DNA of 64,000 nucleotides, taken from Candidatus Oxydemutatoraceae bacterium. Lineage in GTDB: Bacteria; Pseudomonadota; Gammaproteobacteria; Poriferisulfidales; Oxydemutatoraceae. Positions within the stretch are counted from its first letter, which is position 1, and every line of letters starts with the position of its first letter. Position numbers and translations under genes: made by a program. The notes beneath the pieces are model-generated. The model was not told where the DNA came from. It ran no database searches and worked only from the letters and a program-made list of their open reading frames with translations. Location of the stretch: assembly GCA_965218975.1 (NCBI GenBank), contig OZ244717.1, positions 1,984,001 to 2,048,000 of the forward strand, read 5' to 3'. Shown here one piece after another: positions 13,745 through 23,042 of this stretch.

Positions 13745-14127
13745 AGGCACTTTGCTGAAAATCCGGCAGCAAACACAAAATGGTTTCATCAGCTCAAAGA
13801 CTTTACTGCTGCCGAAATTCTGCCAGGCGCAGGAATGCGGCTGCGTTGCGGCTGTTACAGCGGTTGGTTGCCACTGCTATTGCCATTCGGGTATAGACAT
13901 CAATGGCCATTAAGACGTAGCGGCGCACTCCGTGCTGATAACGCACAATCGTATCCAGGGCGATGCAATGCCCCGGATACTGTGCTTTGAAGTGTTTCGG
14001 CTTGCGTGCCCTGCAACGGCGCTTGAACAATCGTTTTGTTTGTCCTTTGGCATTCAGCCGCTGCGGAATACAGCGCATTTCATCCGGCGCATCCGCGATC
14101 AGGCGCGCAATCGCGCGGACACTCGGG

Positions 14128-14234
14128 CAGGGTGAGACGCGCCCGGAAAACCGATCGGTTTTCAGCGGCGAACGACCCGACAAGGATGTCGGGGCTGAGG
14201 TTCATTCGCAGAACCAAGTTTCGTCACGAACGAC
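14128..14234 (+). repeat. Hairpin unit, copy A4 (in frame with transposase, one TGA)
   Basis: Between KPFC and PCPS codons; ORFs 14202-14414 and 13803-14183 share a frame. Confidence 0.95.
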
Positions 14235-14324
14235 AGACACTTTACTGACAACACGGCAACAAACACAAAACGGTTTCATCAGCTCAAAGATTTTACTGCT
14301 GCCGAGATTCGGATAAGCCTGGCA

Positions 14325-14431
14325 CAGGGTGAGACGCGCCCGGAAAACCGATCGGTTTTCAGCGGCGAACGACTCGACAAGGACGTCGGGGCTGGCGTTC
14401 ATTGACAGAACCAAGTCTCGTCATGGACGAC
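14325..14431 (+). repeat. Hairpin unit, copy A5 (tail to ~14452)
   Basis: Same unit. Confidence 0.95.
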
Positions 14432-14842
14432 AAGCACTTTGCTGACAATCCGCTGGCACCTCTTACGCGGCACTTTGCCGCGATCATGCAAGGCGCTGAG
14501 GCCAGTGCGGCGATAACGCCGGCGCCAGCGGTACAAAGTACTGCGACCGATCTTGAATGCGTTCGGGAGTTACAACCCTCCCAAAATAATAGGGCATCAT
14601 ATTTCTGTTGAGCTGTTGTGTTCATAATAGCCTCTATATAGCCTCTATTTTTGAAGCAAAATTGGCTCATATAGAAACCTTTGATGCGGTGGCCGATGTG
14701 CTGATATTGCATATCGGTTACCTTTTTGAGTCGTGCCGTGAATCCCACATGTATCTGGCACTGTACACTGGATAAAAATGGGCTAAAATTAAGGTTTTAA
14801 TCCGGTTATCCGTACATTTCCGGAGATCAGATTGGATGGAAT

Positions 14843-15538
14843 ATGAGAATTCAGCATGTAAATCCGAGCACTACCCCGATGCAGAGACAAGCCAATCTGG
14901 TCTTATTCGACTTAGACAATACTCTGTTGGATGGCGATAGTGACTACGAATGGGGGATATTTCTCTGCAATCATCAATTAGTGGATGCGGATGAGTACCG
15001 GAAACAAAACGCGATCTTTTACTCGGAATATTCCTCAGGAAATCTTGATATTCATGATTATCTACGGTTTGTTCTGAAAACTTTTACACAGCATTCGAAA
15101 GAACAATTATTGGAATGGCGAAAACAATTTGTCAATGAGGTTATTGAACCCTTAATCTCACCGGCAAATAAAGCTCTAGTGAGCCGGCACAAAGAAAACG
15201 GTGATATAACAGTAATTATTACTGCGACTAATCAATTTATCACAGAGCCTATCGCAGAAATCTTTGGCGTTGACGATTTGATCGCGACAGAACTGGAAAT
15301 AGTCAATGGGCAGTTTACCGGCCATCCGCAAGGAACGCCCTGCTTCAAAGACGGTAAAGTCATTTGCTTCAAACAATGGCTAAAACGAGTCCGAACACAG
15401 TTTAGGCAACTCTGGTTTTACAGCGACTCAATAAATGATCTGCCTTTACTTGAATACGCGGACAAACCAATTATAAAAAATGGCGAGGCGGATATCGTTG
15501 CGATTGCCAAGCAACGTAATTGGTCTGTCCTGAGATAA
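14843..15538 (+). CDS. HAD-IB family hydrolase (SerB-like / histidinol-phosphatase-like)
   Basis: FDLDNTLL motif I, ITATN, FYSDSINDLPLL. Confidence 0.9.
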   Translation: MRIQHVNPSTTPMQRQANLVLFDLDNTLLDGDSDYEWGIFLCNHQLVDADEYRKQNAIFYSEYSSGNLDIHDYLRFVLKTFTQHSKEQLLEWRKQFVNEVIEPLISPANKALVSRHKENGDITVIITATNQFITEPIAEIFGVDDLIATELEIVNGQFTGHPQGTPCFKDGKVICFKQWLKRVRTQFRQLWFYSDSINDLPLLEYADKPIIKNGEADIVAIAKQRNWSVLR

Positions 15539-15791
15539 CACCATTATTAAGAAAATCTCCTATTTAATATATAAAAAGAACTCAAGTGGCTATCTGTGGA
15601 AAACGAGGCAAAGGTTTTTTGTCTTTGACAGAAATTCTTCGGGCAAAACATGACGGATTTCATTAAACATTGATTTGCTCTTAAAAAACTGTCGTACTGA
15701 ACAATATCGTTTAGACACGATATACCACCAAGAATTAATCGAATTAATTATCCCGATATCGGACATAACCCATAAAAAAAACAGGAAGCTA

Positions 15792-16727
15792 TCAACAGAA
15801 ATCATAGCCAAATGCTTTATTGAACTGCGTAAAAAAATCTTCTTGCAAGAAAAAATGATGTTGCGTTCCTTTGCAGCTTACTTTGATCGCACCCATCAGG
15901 GAGGCAATTCGTCCGGTCGTTTCCCAATCCAAATCTGCAAGTAGACCATATATCAAGCCGGCACGATAAGCATCGCCGCAACCGGTGGGGTCCACTACCG
16001 CCGTCGGCGTTGCCGGTGGAATCTCCACTTTTTTCCCTTCTATATAAATTGCTGACCCTTTGCTACCATAAGTAACAAATACTGCCCTTACCCGTGTCGA
16101 TAGCTGCGTTAAAGGTAAACCTGTTACTTTCATAATTACATTAGATTCATAGTCATTGCATGCCAGCCAATCGGCGCCCGCAATCAGCGTATCCATCTCA
16201 ACGGGATCAAATAGCGAAACCCCTTGTCCCGGATCAAATATGTAAGGAATTTTAGCATCTCTAAGTTGTCGGGCATGAAGCAACATCCCTTGGCGCGCTT
16301 CAGGAGAAACTAACCCGATACGGATGCCCACATCAGTCGGCACATCCACCAAATGACAATACTTCATCGCACCGGTATGAAATGCGGTAATCTGATTGTT
16401 GTCCAGATCGGTCACAATGAAGCTACATGCCGTAAATTCATCATTGATTTGTTTAACATACTTACGACAAATTAACCGTCGATCCAGCCATCGTGCATAC
16501 TCGCTGAAATCTTTACCGACAGTCCCCATCGGATATGCTTCTATCCCCAATAAATTAAGATTATAGGCAATATTTCCCGCACATCCGCCAAATCCTCGGT
16601 GCATTTCCGGAACTAGAAAAGAAACGTTTAAAATGTGTGATTTTTCCGCGACAATATGGTCCTTAAACTGGCCCGGAAAAACCATAATATTGTCGAATGC
16701 CAATGAACCGCAAATCAGTACAGACAT
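15792..16727 (-). CDS. PfkB-family carbohydrate/adenosine kinase
   Basis: GGCAGNIAY and DPTGCGDAYRAG PfkB signatures. Confidence 0.92.
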   Translation of the reverse strand: MSVLICGSLAFDNIMVFPGQFKDHIVAEKSHILNVSFLVPEMHRGFGGCAGNIAYNLNLLGIEAYPMGTVGKDFSEYARWLDRRLICRKYVKQINDEFTACSFIVTDLDNNQITAFHTGAMKYCHLVDVPTDVGIRIGLVSPEARQGMLLHARQLRDAKIPYIFDPGQGVSLFDPVEMDTLIAGADWLACNDYESNVIMKVTGLPLTQLSTRVRAVFVTYGSKGSAIYIEGKKVEIPPATPTAVVDPTGCGDAYRAGLIYGLLADLDWETTGRIASLMGAIKVSCKGTQHHFFLQEDFFTQFNKAFGYDFC

Positions 16728-16732
16728 CGCCC

Positions 16733-16921
16733 TTACTCTTCATCAAGCTCAACCATATCAAAGTCAGTTTTGCCTGCACCGCAATCCGGACATACCCATG
16801 TATCGGGGATATCCTCCCAATAAGTGCCCGGTGCAATTCCTTCGTCAGGAAGGCCTTGCTCTTCATCATACACCCAGCCGCAAACCAGGCATACATATTT
16901 GTGATATTTACGAGTTTCCAT
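16733..16921 (-). CDS. Rubredoxin
   Basis: CLVCGWVYD...WVCPDCG two-CxxC pattern. Confidence 0.96.
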   Translation of the reverse strand: METRKYHKYVCLVCGWVYDEEQGLPDEGIAPGTYWEDIPDTWVCPDCGAGKTDFDMVELDEE

Positions 16922-16935
16922 GCCTCGATTTAATT

Positions 16936-17568
16936 ATGCTCTTATCGGGTCTCTACATCATTGCCGACACTTCTTTCCCCGTGTTACAGCCATTCACTGA
17001 AAAAGCGGTTTCCAATCTACTCCAGCCTGGCGTAAAGTTGCTGCAATACCGTGACAAGCATTTATCTATGCGGGAGCGCAAGAAACACGCAACCGTACTC
17101 CGATCTTGTTGTAGGGAACATAGTATACCACTGATTATTAATGATGACATCTACCTAGCGCAAGAAGCCGATGCCGATGGAGTACATCTTGGCAAATTCG
17201 ATATGCCGGTTGCGCAAGCGCGTTTATTACTAGGTAAAGAAAAAATTATCGGGGCATCTTGCTATCAATCATTGAAGCGAGCGCAAGCGGCGCAAAACGA
17301 TGGCGCCGACTATGTCGCATTCGGTGCGGTATTTCCTTCCTCGACCAAACCCGAAGCAAAAGAAATCTCACTCTCAACAGTTACAAAGTACCAATGCCAT
17401 CTAAACTTGCCTATTTGCGCAATCGGCGGCATCACATCCGTTAACATTGCCAAAGTCTTCAATACGGGCATTGATATGGTAGCGATTGCAAGCGATATTC
17501 TTGCAGCGCCCGATCCAATCCGGCAAATAAATCTATGCCTGGAAGCGATTAAAAAGATGGAAAATTAA
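16936..17568 (+). CDS. thiE: Thiamine-phosphate synthase
   Basis: GLYII, QYRDK, IINDD, DGVHLG, SSTKP, AIGGI; likely start ATG 16936. Confidence 0.94.
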   Translation: MLLSGLYIIADTSFPVLQPFTEKAVSNLLQPGVKLLQYRDKHLSMRERKKHATVLRSCCREHSIPLIINDDIYLAQEADADGVHLGKFDMPVAQARLLLGKEKIIGASCYQSLKRAQAAQNDGADYVAFGAVFPSSTKPEAKEISLSTVTKYQCHLNLPICAIGGITSVNIAKVFNTGIDMVAIASDILAAPDPIRQINLCLEAIKKMEN

Positions 17569-18389
17569 TGGCGATACGCTTGTACCGCGGCTATGACTTC
17601 CAATGTTTGGCGATGTTCAAATATGTCATGGACTCGAAAAATATGCACTCCCGCGGCCAAACCGATTGCTGTCGTTGCGCAACTTCCGGCAACTCGTTTT
17701 TTGGGGTCCGACGACTGATAAATAGAATCAATAAAACGTTTGCGGCTAGCGCCTATCAAAACAGGAAAACCAATCTCAACGATACGCTTGAGATTGGCCA
17801 ACAGCAGCAAATTATGTTTCAATGTCTTGCCGAAACCGATACCCGGGTCCAGAATAATCCGGTTGGCTGTGATTCCAAATTGTATCGCAGCCTTGGCACG
17901 TTCGCGTAGAAAATCGCACACTTCAACCACGACATCATCGTAGTGGGGGCGATCCTGCATCGTCTGCGGATTATTCTGCATATGCATTAAACAAATCGGC
18001 GCTTCTCTATCCGCGACAAGACGCAAAATCTCAATATCATCACGCCCTGCGGAAATGTCATTGATCATTTCGGCGCCAGCATCAAATGCGGCAGTCGCGA
18101 CTTCACATAGTGTCGTATCGACACTAATCAATGTGTCGGGCAATGCCGTTGAAATCGCTTTAATAACCGATACGACACGCCTTTTCTGCTCAGTTGCCGA
18201 TACTCGCTTCGCCCCGGGGCGCGTTGACTCCCCGCCGACATCAATGATATCGGCTCCTTGCCGAACTAACTTGATTGCATGCGCCACGGCACTTTCATCA
18301 TTAATATAATCGCCGTCATCGGAGAAACTATCCGGAGTCAAATTTAAGATCCCCATCAAACGAGGTTTAGAAAAATCGAGTGAATTCAT
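17565..18389 (-). CDS. folP: Dihydropteroate synthase
   Basis: GILNLTPDSFSD, GGESTRPGA, DPGIGFGK, SRKRF, FRVHD. Confidence 0.97.
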   Translation of the reverse strand: MNSLDFSKPRLMGILNLTPDSFSDDGDYINDESAVAHAIKLVRQGADIIDVGGESTRPGAKRVSATEQKRRVVSVIKAISTALPDTLISVDTTLCEVATAAFDAGAEMINDISAGRDDIEILRLVADREAPICLMHMQNNPQTMQDRPHYDDVVVEVCDFLRERAKAAIQFGITANRIILDPGIGFGKTLKHNLLLLANLKRIVEIGFPVLIGASRKRFIDSIYQSSDPKKRVAGSCATTAIGLAAGVHIFRVHDIFEHRQTLEVIAAVQAYRH

Positions 18390-19309
18390 CTGGGGCGTTG
18401 ATACTCGACAACCGTGTCGCCGATATCGAATGCCATCAAATCACGACCCACTTTCACCGGAACTCTGTGTCCTTTGGAAACTCTTTGCAATAATTCCTCA
18501 TCCGACGCATCGAAGACAATTTTGTGTGTGAGAACGACTTGCTTCGGCTTTGCTGCTGCTAAGATAATTGCCAAATCTTCGGGATGGGTGTGATAATGCA
18601 AAATATCTCGTAAGCGCGGATTATTTTTTTTTAAAGATTCGTTAATTAAAGCAACCTCATGGATTAGTAAATCGGCGTCGACAGCATGTTTCAGCACTGC
18701 CGGCGAATATCGAGTGTCGCCTGAAATAACCACCGATCGCCCGGCATATTCAATCCGAAATCCGAACGCATGTTTGACCGGTTGATGATTGACCGAGAAA
18801 GCAATAACTTTGAGTCCGTCACGCTCATAAATAATCCCGCCGGAGATTTCATATACTTGATAAGTAATTCCTTCAGGAGGTAGCTTACTGTAATCTTTGC
18901 GTAATTGAATATCAACCTCATAAGCGCGGGTTAAATAATCAAGATGCGCCGAAATTCCAACCGGCCCCCATACCTCCAACGGTTTTTTGCGCTGAAATTC
19001 CCAGCCGGACAACATCAAATCCGGTAATCCGATCAGATGGTCATAATGTAAATGTGTGATAAAGATTTTTGTCACTTCAGGGAAAGGAATATATAACTGA
19101 TAAATGCGTTGCGCTACACCTCGCCCGGCATCAAATACCAACTTTTGATTTCCCGCTTCAACCAATACCGCAGGTCCGAAACGTTCCACCTCAGGCTGAG
19201 GCATTCCGGTACCGAGCAAAGTAACGCTTAAAATCTGCGCCGTAAGCACTGTGGGAAAGATACAGAACAACAACGCCATAGTTCCATAAAGAAACAAATA
19301 TTTCTTCAT
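18386..19309 (-). CDS. Exported MBL-fold metallo-hydrolase (RNase Z/arylsulfatase-like)
   Basis: Signal-peptide-like N-terminus, LLGTG, THLHYDH, SGDT, LIHE. Confidence 0.85.
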   Translation of the reverse strand: MKKYLFLYGTMALLFCIFPTVLTAQILSVTLLGTGMPQPEVERFGPAVLVEAGNQKLVFDAGRGVAQRIYQLYIPFPEVTKIFITHLHYDHLIGLPDLMLSGWEFQRKKPLEVWGPVGISAHLDYLTRAYEVDIQLRKDYSKLPPEGITYQVYEISGGIIYERDGLKVIAFSVNHQPVKHAFGFRIEYAGRSVVISGDTRYSPAVLKHAVDADLLIHEVALINESLKKNNPRLRDILHYHTHPEDLAIILAAAKPKQVVLTHKIVFDASDEELLQRVSKGHRVPVKVGRDLMAFDIGDTVVEYQRPR

Positions 19310-21093
19310 TGCTGTACTTTCAGCATTGAAAGAAACGCTTCTTGCGGAACATCAACTTTACCTAATCTTTTCATGCGTTTTTTCCCAGCCTTTTGTTTTT
19401 CCAAAAGTTTACGCTTGCGTGTAACGTCACCGCCATAACACTTTGCAGTGACATTTTTTCTCAATGCTTTTACCGTAGCGCGTGAAACAACCTGTGAACC
19501 AATTGCCGCTTGGATTGCAACGTCAAACATCTGCCGCGGAATTAGGTCTTTCATTTTCTCAACAAGGTCTCTTCCTAGCGCATGTACTTTATCACGATGA
19601 ATAACTGCAGCGAGCGCGTCCACCGTATCGCCGTTGATTAAAATATCCAATTTGACCAACGATGCGCTCTGGTAATCCGATAAACGGTAATCAAACGAAG
19701 CGTAGCCGCGAGTTACAGAATTGAGCCGATCAAAAAAATCAAAAACCACTTCATTCAGAGGTAATTCAAATTCAATTGCGACTTGCCTTCCGGTATATCG
19801 AATCTTCTTTTGTTGCCCTCTCTTGGAAATGCACAATTGAATCACACTGCCAAGATAATCCTTTGGGAGCAAAATCGAGGCCTCTATCATCGGTTCATAG
19901 ACTTCCGCCAACACGCCGGCCGCCGGAAAATCCGACGGGCTATGCACTTCAACCTCTTCACCGGATCGCGTCACTACCCGATACACCACCGTCGGGGCAG
20001 TAGTAATCAAGCTCAATCCATACTCCCGCTCAAGTCGTTCCCGAATAATTTCCATGTGCAAAATCCCTAAAAAGCCGCAGCGAAAACCCAAACCTAAAGT
20101 TTGCGAAGACTCCGGCATGTAATGCAGCGACGCATCGTTCAAACTCAATTTATCCAATGCATCACGCAGGGAAGCATATTGATTGACATCAGTGGGGAAA
20201 ACTCCAGCAAACACCCGAGGCTTCACCGCTTTAAATCCCGGTAGTGGTATCTGCGCCGGGACTGTAGCTGAGGTCAGCGTATCGCCGACCCGCATCGCAT
20301 GTATATCCTTTACTCCGGTAATCACAAACCCCACCTCGCCCGTTTCAAGCACTTGCTTCTCAAGCCGGTCCGGAGTAAAAATACCGACTGCTTCAGCCGC
20401 ATAAACTTCGCCGCTTGAAATCAATTGTATCTTTTCTCCTGAAATAATTCGGCCATCAAATACCCTCACCAAAGCAACTATGCCGATATAATTGTCAAAC
20501 CAAGAATCAATTATCAATGCGCGCAACGGTTGATCTATACTACCCCGCGGAAAAGGCACTTGCGTCACAATATTTTCTAGCAATTGAGAAACTCCCGCAC
20601 CTGTTTTTGCACTGATCGCAACTGCCGCGGAAGCATCAATTCCAATAATATTTTCAATCTCACGCTTTACTCGCTCCGGATCGGCGGCAGGCAAGTCGGT
20701 TTTATTCAGTACCGAAATAATTTCAAGCCCTTGATCAATTGCCGCATAGCAGTTTGCCACGCTTTGCGCTTCGACTCCTTGCACTGCATCAACGACTAAC
20801 AAAGCTGCTTCACAAGCAGACAAGGAACGTGAAACCTCATAACCGAAATCAACATGCCCGGGAGTATCAATGATATTGAATTGATATTCTTGACCATCTT
20901 TTTGATAACGTAGCGAAACAGATTGCGCTTTGATGGTAATGCCCCGTTCGCGCTCAATATCCATGGAATCTAAGACTTGAGATTCCATCCTCCTTTCACT
21001 CAATCCGTTACACAGTTGAATAAAACGATCGGCTAAAGTCGATTTGCCATGATCAATATGTGCAATAATGGCAAAATTACGGATGTGTTGCAT
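19306..21093 (-). CDS. lepA: Elongation factor 4 (LepA)
   Basis: [14 protein letters not shown] and [18 protein letters not shown]. Confidence 0.98.
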   Translation of the reverse strand: MQHIRNFAIIAHIDHGKSTLADRFIQLCNGLSERRMESQVLDSMDIERERGITIKAQSVSLRYQKDGQEYQFNIIDTPGHVDFGYEVSRSLSACEAALLVVDAVQGVEAQSVANCYAAIDQGLEIISVLNKTDLPAADPERVKREIENIIGIDASAAVAISAKTGAGVSQLLENIVTQVPFPRGSIDQPLRALIIDSWFDNYIGIVALVRVFDGRIISGEKIQLISSGEVYAAEAVGIFTPDRLEKQVLETGEVGFVITGVKDIHAMRVGDTLTSATVPAQIPLPGFKAVKPRVFAGVFPTDVNQYASLRDALDKLSLNDASLHYMPESSQTLGLGFRCGFLGILHMEIIRERLEREYGLSLITTAPTVVYRVVTRSGEEVEVHSPSDFPAAGVLAEVYEPMIEASILLPKDYLGSVIQLCISKRGQQKKIRYTGRQVAIEFELPLNEVVFDFFDRLNSVTRGYASFDYRLSDYQSASLVKLDILINGDTVDALAAVIHRDKVHALGRDLVEKMKDLIPRQMFDVAIQAAIGSQVVSRATVKALRKNVTAKCYGGDVTRKRKLLEKQKAGKKRMKRLGKVDVPQEAFLSMLKVQQ

Positions 21094-21133
21094 GGATAGT
21101 TGCAAAAAATTTAGAGGATGCAGCTACTCTTCA

Positions 21134-22549
21134 TTAAGGAATTTTAATTGCCAAAAAACGCGTCATACCATCGCGCATGATTAAAACAGTAAGAAATTTC
21201 CCTCTGGGTAAATCTTCAACAATGTCAACAAACTCGCCAAGGTCATCAAACTTGCGATTATCGATTGACTGTATCAAATCGCCCGACCGTATGCCCGCCC
21301 TGTATGCGATACCGTTTACCGTAACTTTTTTAACCCTCAATACCGTATCTTCAATCTCCATCCGCTCATATTCCTCCTTGATCAATTCCTCTACAATCAT
21401 TCCTAAATCTTCCAACTCCGCAAGTCTATCTTCCTTCGGAAATTGTGAATCTTGCGAGGATTCTTCTTCTGACGGCAGTACGCCAACCTCCAAGGAAAGC
21501 TTAATGACTTCCCCGCCGCGCAAAACCGAAACCGATACTTTTTTACCGGGTTTAGTCCGTCCGACAATCGGCGGCAATTCGCCGACGCGTGTAATCGTAT
21601 GACCATCAAATTCCAATACCACATCGCCAACTTTCATATCGGATTCTATCGCCGGGCTATCGGGCAACATGCCGGAAATCAAAGCACCCTGAGGCTTATC
21701 CATACCTAATGATTCGGAAAGTTCTCGGGTAATCTCCTGAATATAAACCCCAAGCCATCCGCGTGTCACAAGCCCGTCGGTTTTCAATTGATCAATCACA
21801 TGAACCGCCAACTCAATCGGAATTGCAAACGATAACCCCATAAATCCGCCGGTTCGGCTGTAGATATGCGAGTTGATTGCGACAACTTCGCCTTGCATAT
21901 CGAATAAAGGTCCTCCGGAATTACCCGGATTAACCGCAACATCGGTTTGGATAAAAGAAATGTAGTTTTCAGAAGGTAAAGTTCTGCCGATTGCACTGAC
22001 AATACCGGCGGTAACCGAATGCTCAAAACCAAACGGAGAGCCGATTGCCATCACCCATTGACCGACTTTTAGCTTTTCCGAAGAACCGATCTTGATGACC
22101 GGCAAGTTATCAGCATCTACTTTTAGCAGCGCAATATCCGCTTGTTTATCCAATCCGATGACCTCCGCAGGTAGTTCACGACGGTCACTTAGCTTTACAA
22201 GAATTTCCTGTGCTTGATCCACTACATGCGCATTGGTCACGACATAACCATCCGAAGAAAAAATAAATCCCGAACCAACCGTCTGGGTATCAAAAGGCGG
22301 CGGCACGCTTTCTCCATGTTCTTCAAAAAACTTTTTCAAAAAATCAGACCACGGACTATCTTCTGGAATCGGCCAATTCGGTAGAACCGGAATACCATTT
22401 TTACCGGATGCCTTCGGAACAATACTAACATTCACTACCGCATCCGAGATTTGAGTAACAAGATCGGAAAAATCCGGCAGATTGCGTGCCATACTTTCGA
22501 CCGGAATATACAGCAGGCAAATCAATGAAAGAAATAAGCGAAATTTCAT
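21134..22549 (-). CDS. mucD: DegP/MucD periplasmic serine protease with two PDZ domains
   Basis: TNAHV, DIAL, GNSGGP catalytic triad; between rseC and lepA. Confidence 0.92.
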   Translation of the reverse strand: MKFRLFLSLICLLYIPVESMARNLPDFSDLVTQISDAVVNVSIVPKASGKNGIPVLPNWPIPEDSPWSDFLKKFFEEHGESVPPPFDTQTVGSGFIFSSDGYVVTNAHVVDQAQEILVKLSDRRELPAEVIGLDKQADIALLKVDADNLPVIKIGSSEKLKVGQWVMAIGSPFGFEHSVTAGIVSAIGRTLPSENYISFIQTDVAVNPGNSGGPLFDMQGEVVAINSHIYSRTGGFMGLSFAIPIELAVHVIDQLKTDGLVTRGWLGVYIQEITRELSESLGMDKPQGALISGMLPDSPAIESDMKVGDVVLEFDGHTITRVGELPPIVGRTKPGKKVSVSVLRGGEVIKLSLEVGVLPSEEESSQDSQFPKEDRLAELEDLGMIVEELIKEEYERMEIEDTVLRVKKVTVNGIAYRAGIRSGDLIQSIDNRKFDDLGEFVDIVEDLPRGKFLTVLIMRDGMTRFLAIKIP

Positions 22550-22975
22550 TTAGGAGCACTCCTTTGTCAAAGCAAATCGATCGCTTAAACACTTCATTCT
22601 GCCCGCAGCATAAACTTGACACAAAAATAGCATAGCGAACCCGATTGCAGCACAAATCATATCGCTATACCCTGCGAACATTGCTCCCAAACTACCGGCA
22701 AATAGCGCAAATAATGGCAGACCATAGCAATAAAATGCCATACCAATCAAAGTAGGTTCGGAGACTATTATGGTTGCTTCTTGCGGAACTTGCGCGCTAC
22801 AGGATATCGAATAGCTTATTTTATTCAATGCATTCGGAATGGAATAGTTTGGGGGCATGAAAATTTTTTGTGATAATGCGCACTGATTTTTGCAGACCGC
22901 ACAATCCGATGCTATAGAACAAAACTGAATAGCCTCCGGAGTGTATTGAATGATTTGGACACGTTTCTGAATCAT
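22550..22975 (-). CDS. rseC: RseC/MucC family membrane protein
   Basis: CxxC...C motif, YGLPL then two TM helices; upstream of mucD. Confidence 0.75.
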   Translation of the reverse strand: MIQKRVQIIQYTPEAIQFCSIASDCAVCKNQCALSQKIFMPPNYSIPNALNKISYSISCSAQVPQEATIIVSEPTLIGMAFYCYGLPLFALFAGSLGAMFAGYSDMICAAIGFAMLFLCQVYAAGRMKCLSDRFALTKECS

Positions 22976-23042
22976 GAATTAGTACTTACATTAAAATACA
23001 GATAATAACCTAAAACCGAAGTGATAAGAGAAAAAGAAACAG

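Larger units (their letters stand above)
13073..14767 (-). mobile_element. Decayed IS481-like element (locus A); transposase fragmented by 5 hairpin-unit copies
   Basis: Ends TGTACGATGCCA... and ...TGGCACTGTACA; fragments KIGRSTLYRWRRRY (HTH), CIALDT, LTDGGSEF, NAHIERFNRTVQE, RRPHAG (DDE integrase core); no target duplication seen. Confidence 0.85.

Noticed and set aside
13179-14431. Hairpin units as a CRISPR array
   Set aside because: Units are ~107 bp and irregularly spaced, the intervening DNA is colinear transposase, and there are no cas genes.
14628-14648. Tandem duplication TAGCCTCTAT(A) in the IS 5' region
   Set aside because: Local slippage in a decayed transposase; no evidence of function.
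13044-14748. Short ORFs starting MVLSMSASPD, MTEPSLVMDD or MRRARKTDRF as a protein family
   Set aside because: They are alternative-frame translations of the same repeat unit and transposase fragments.
15590-15944. 73-aa and 89-aa ORFs between the HAD and PfkB genes
   Set aside because: AT-rich, overlapping the kinase end, no motif; cannot be supported as genes.
16633-16935. Long N-terminal extension of ThiE
   Set aside because: Overlaps rubredoxin and the kinase on the opposite strand; ThiE similarity starts at 16936.
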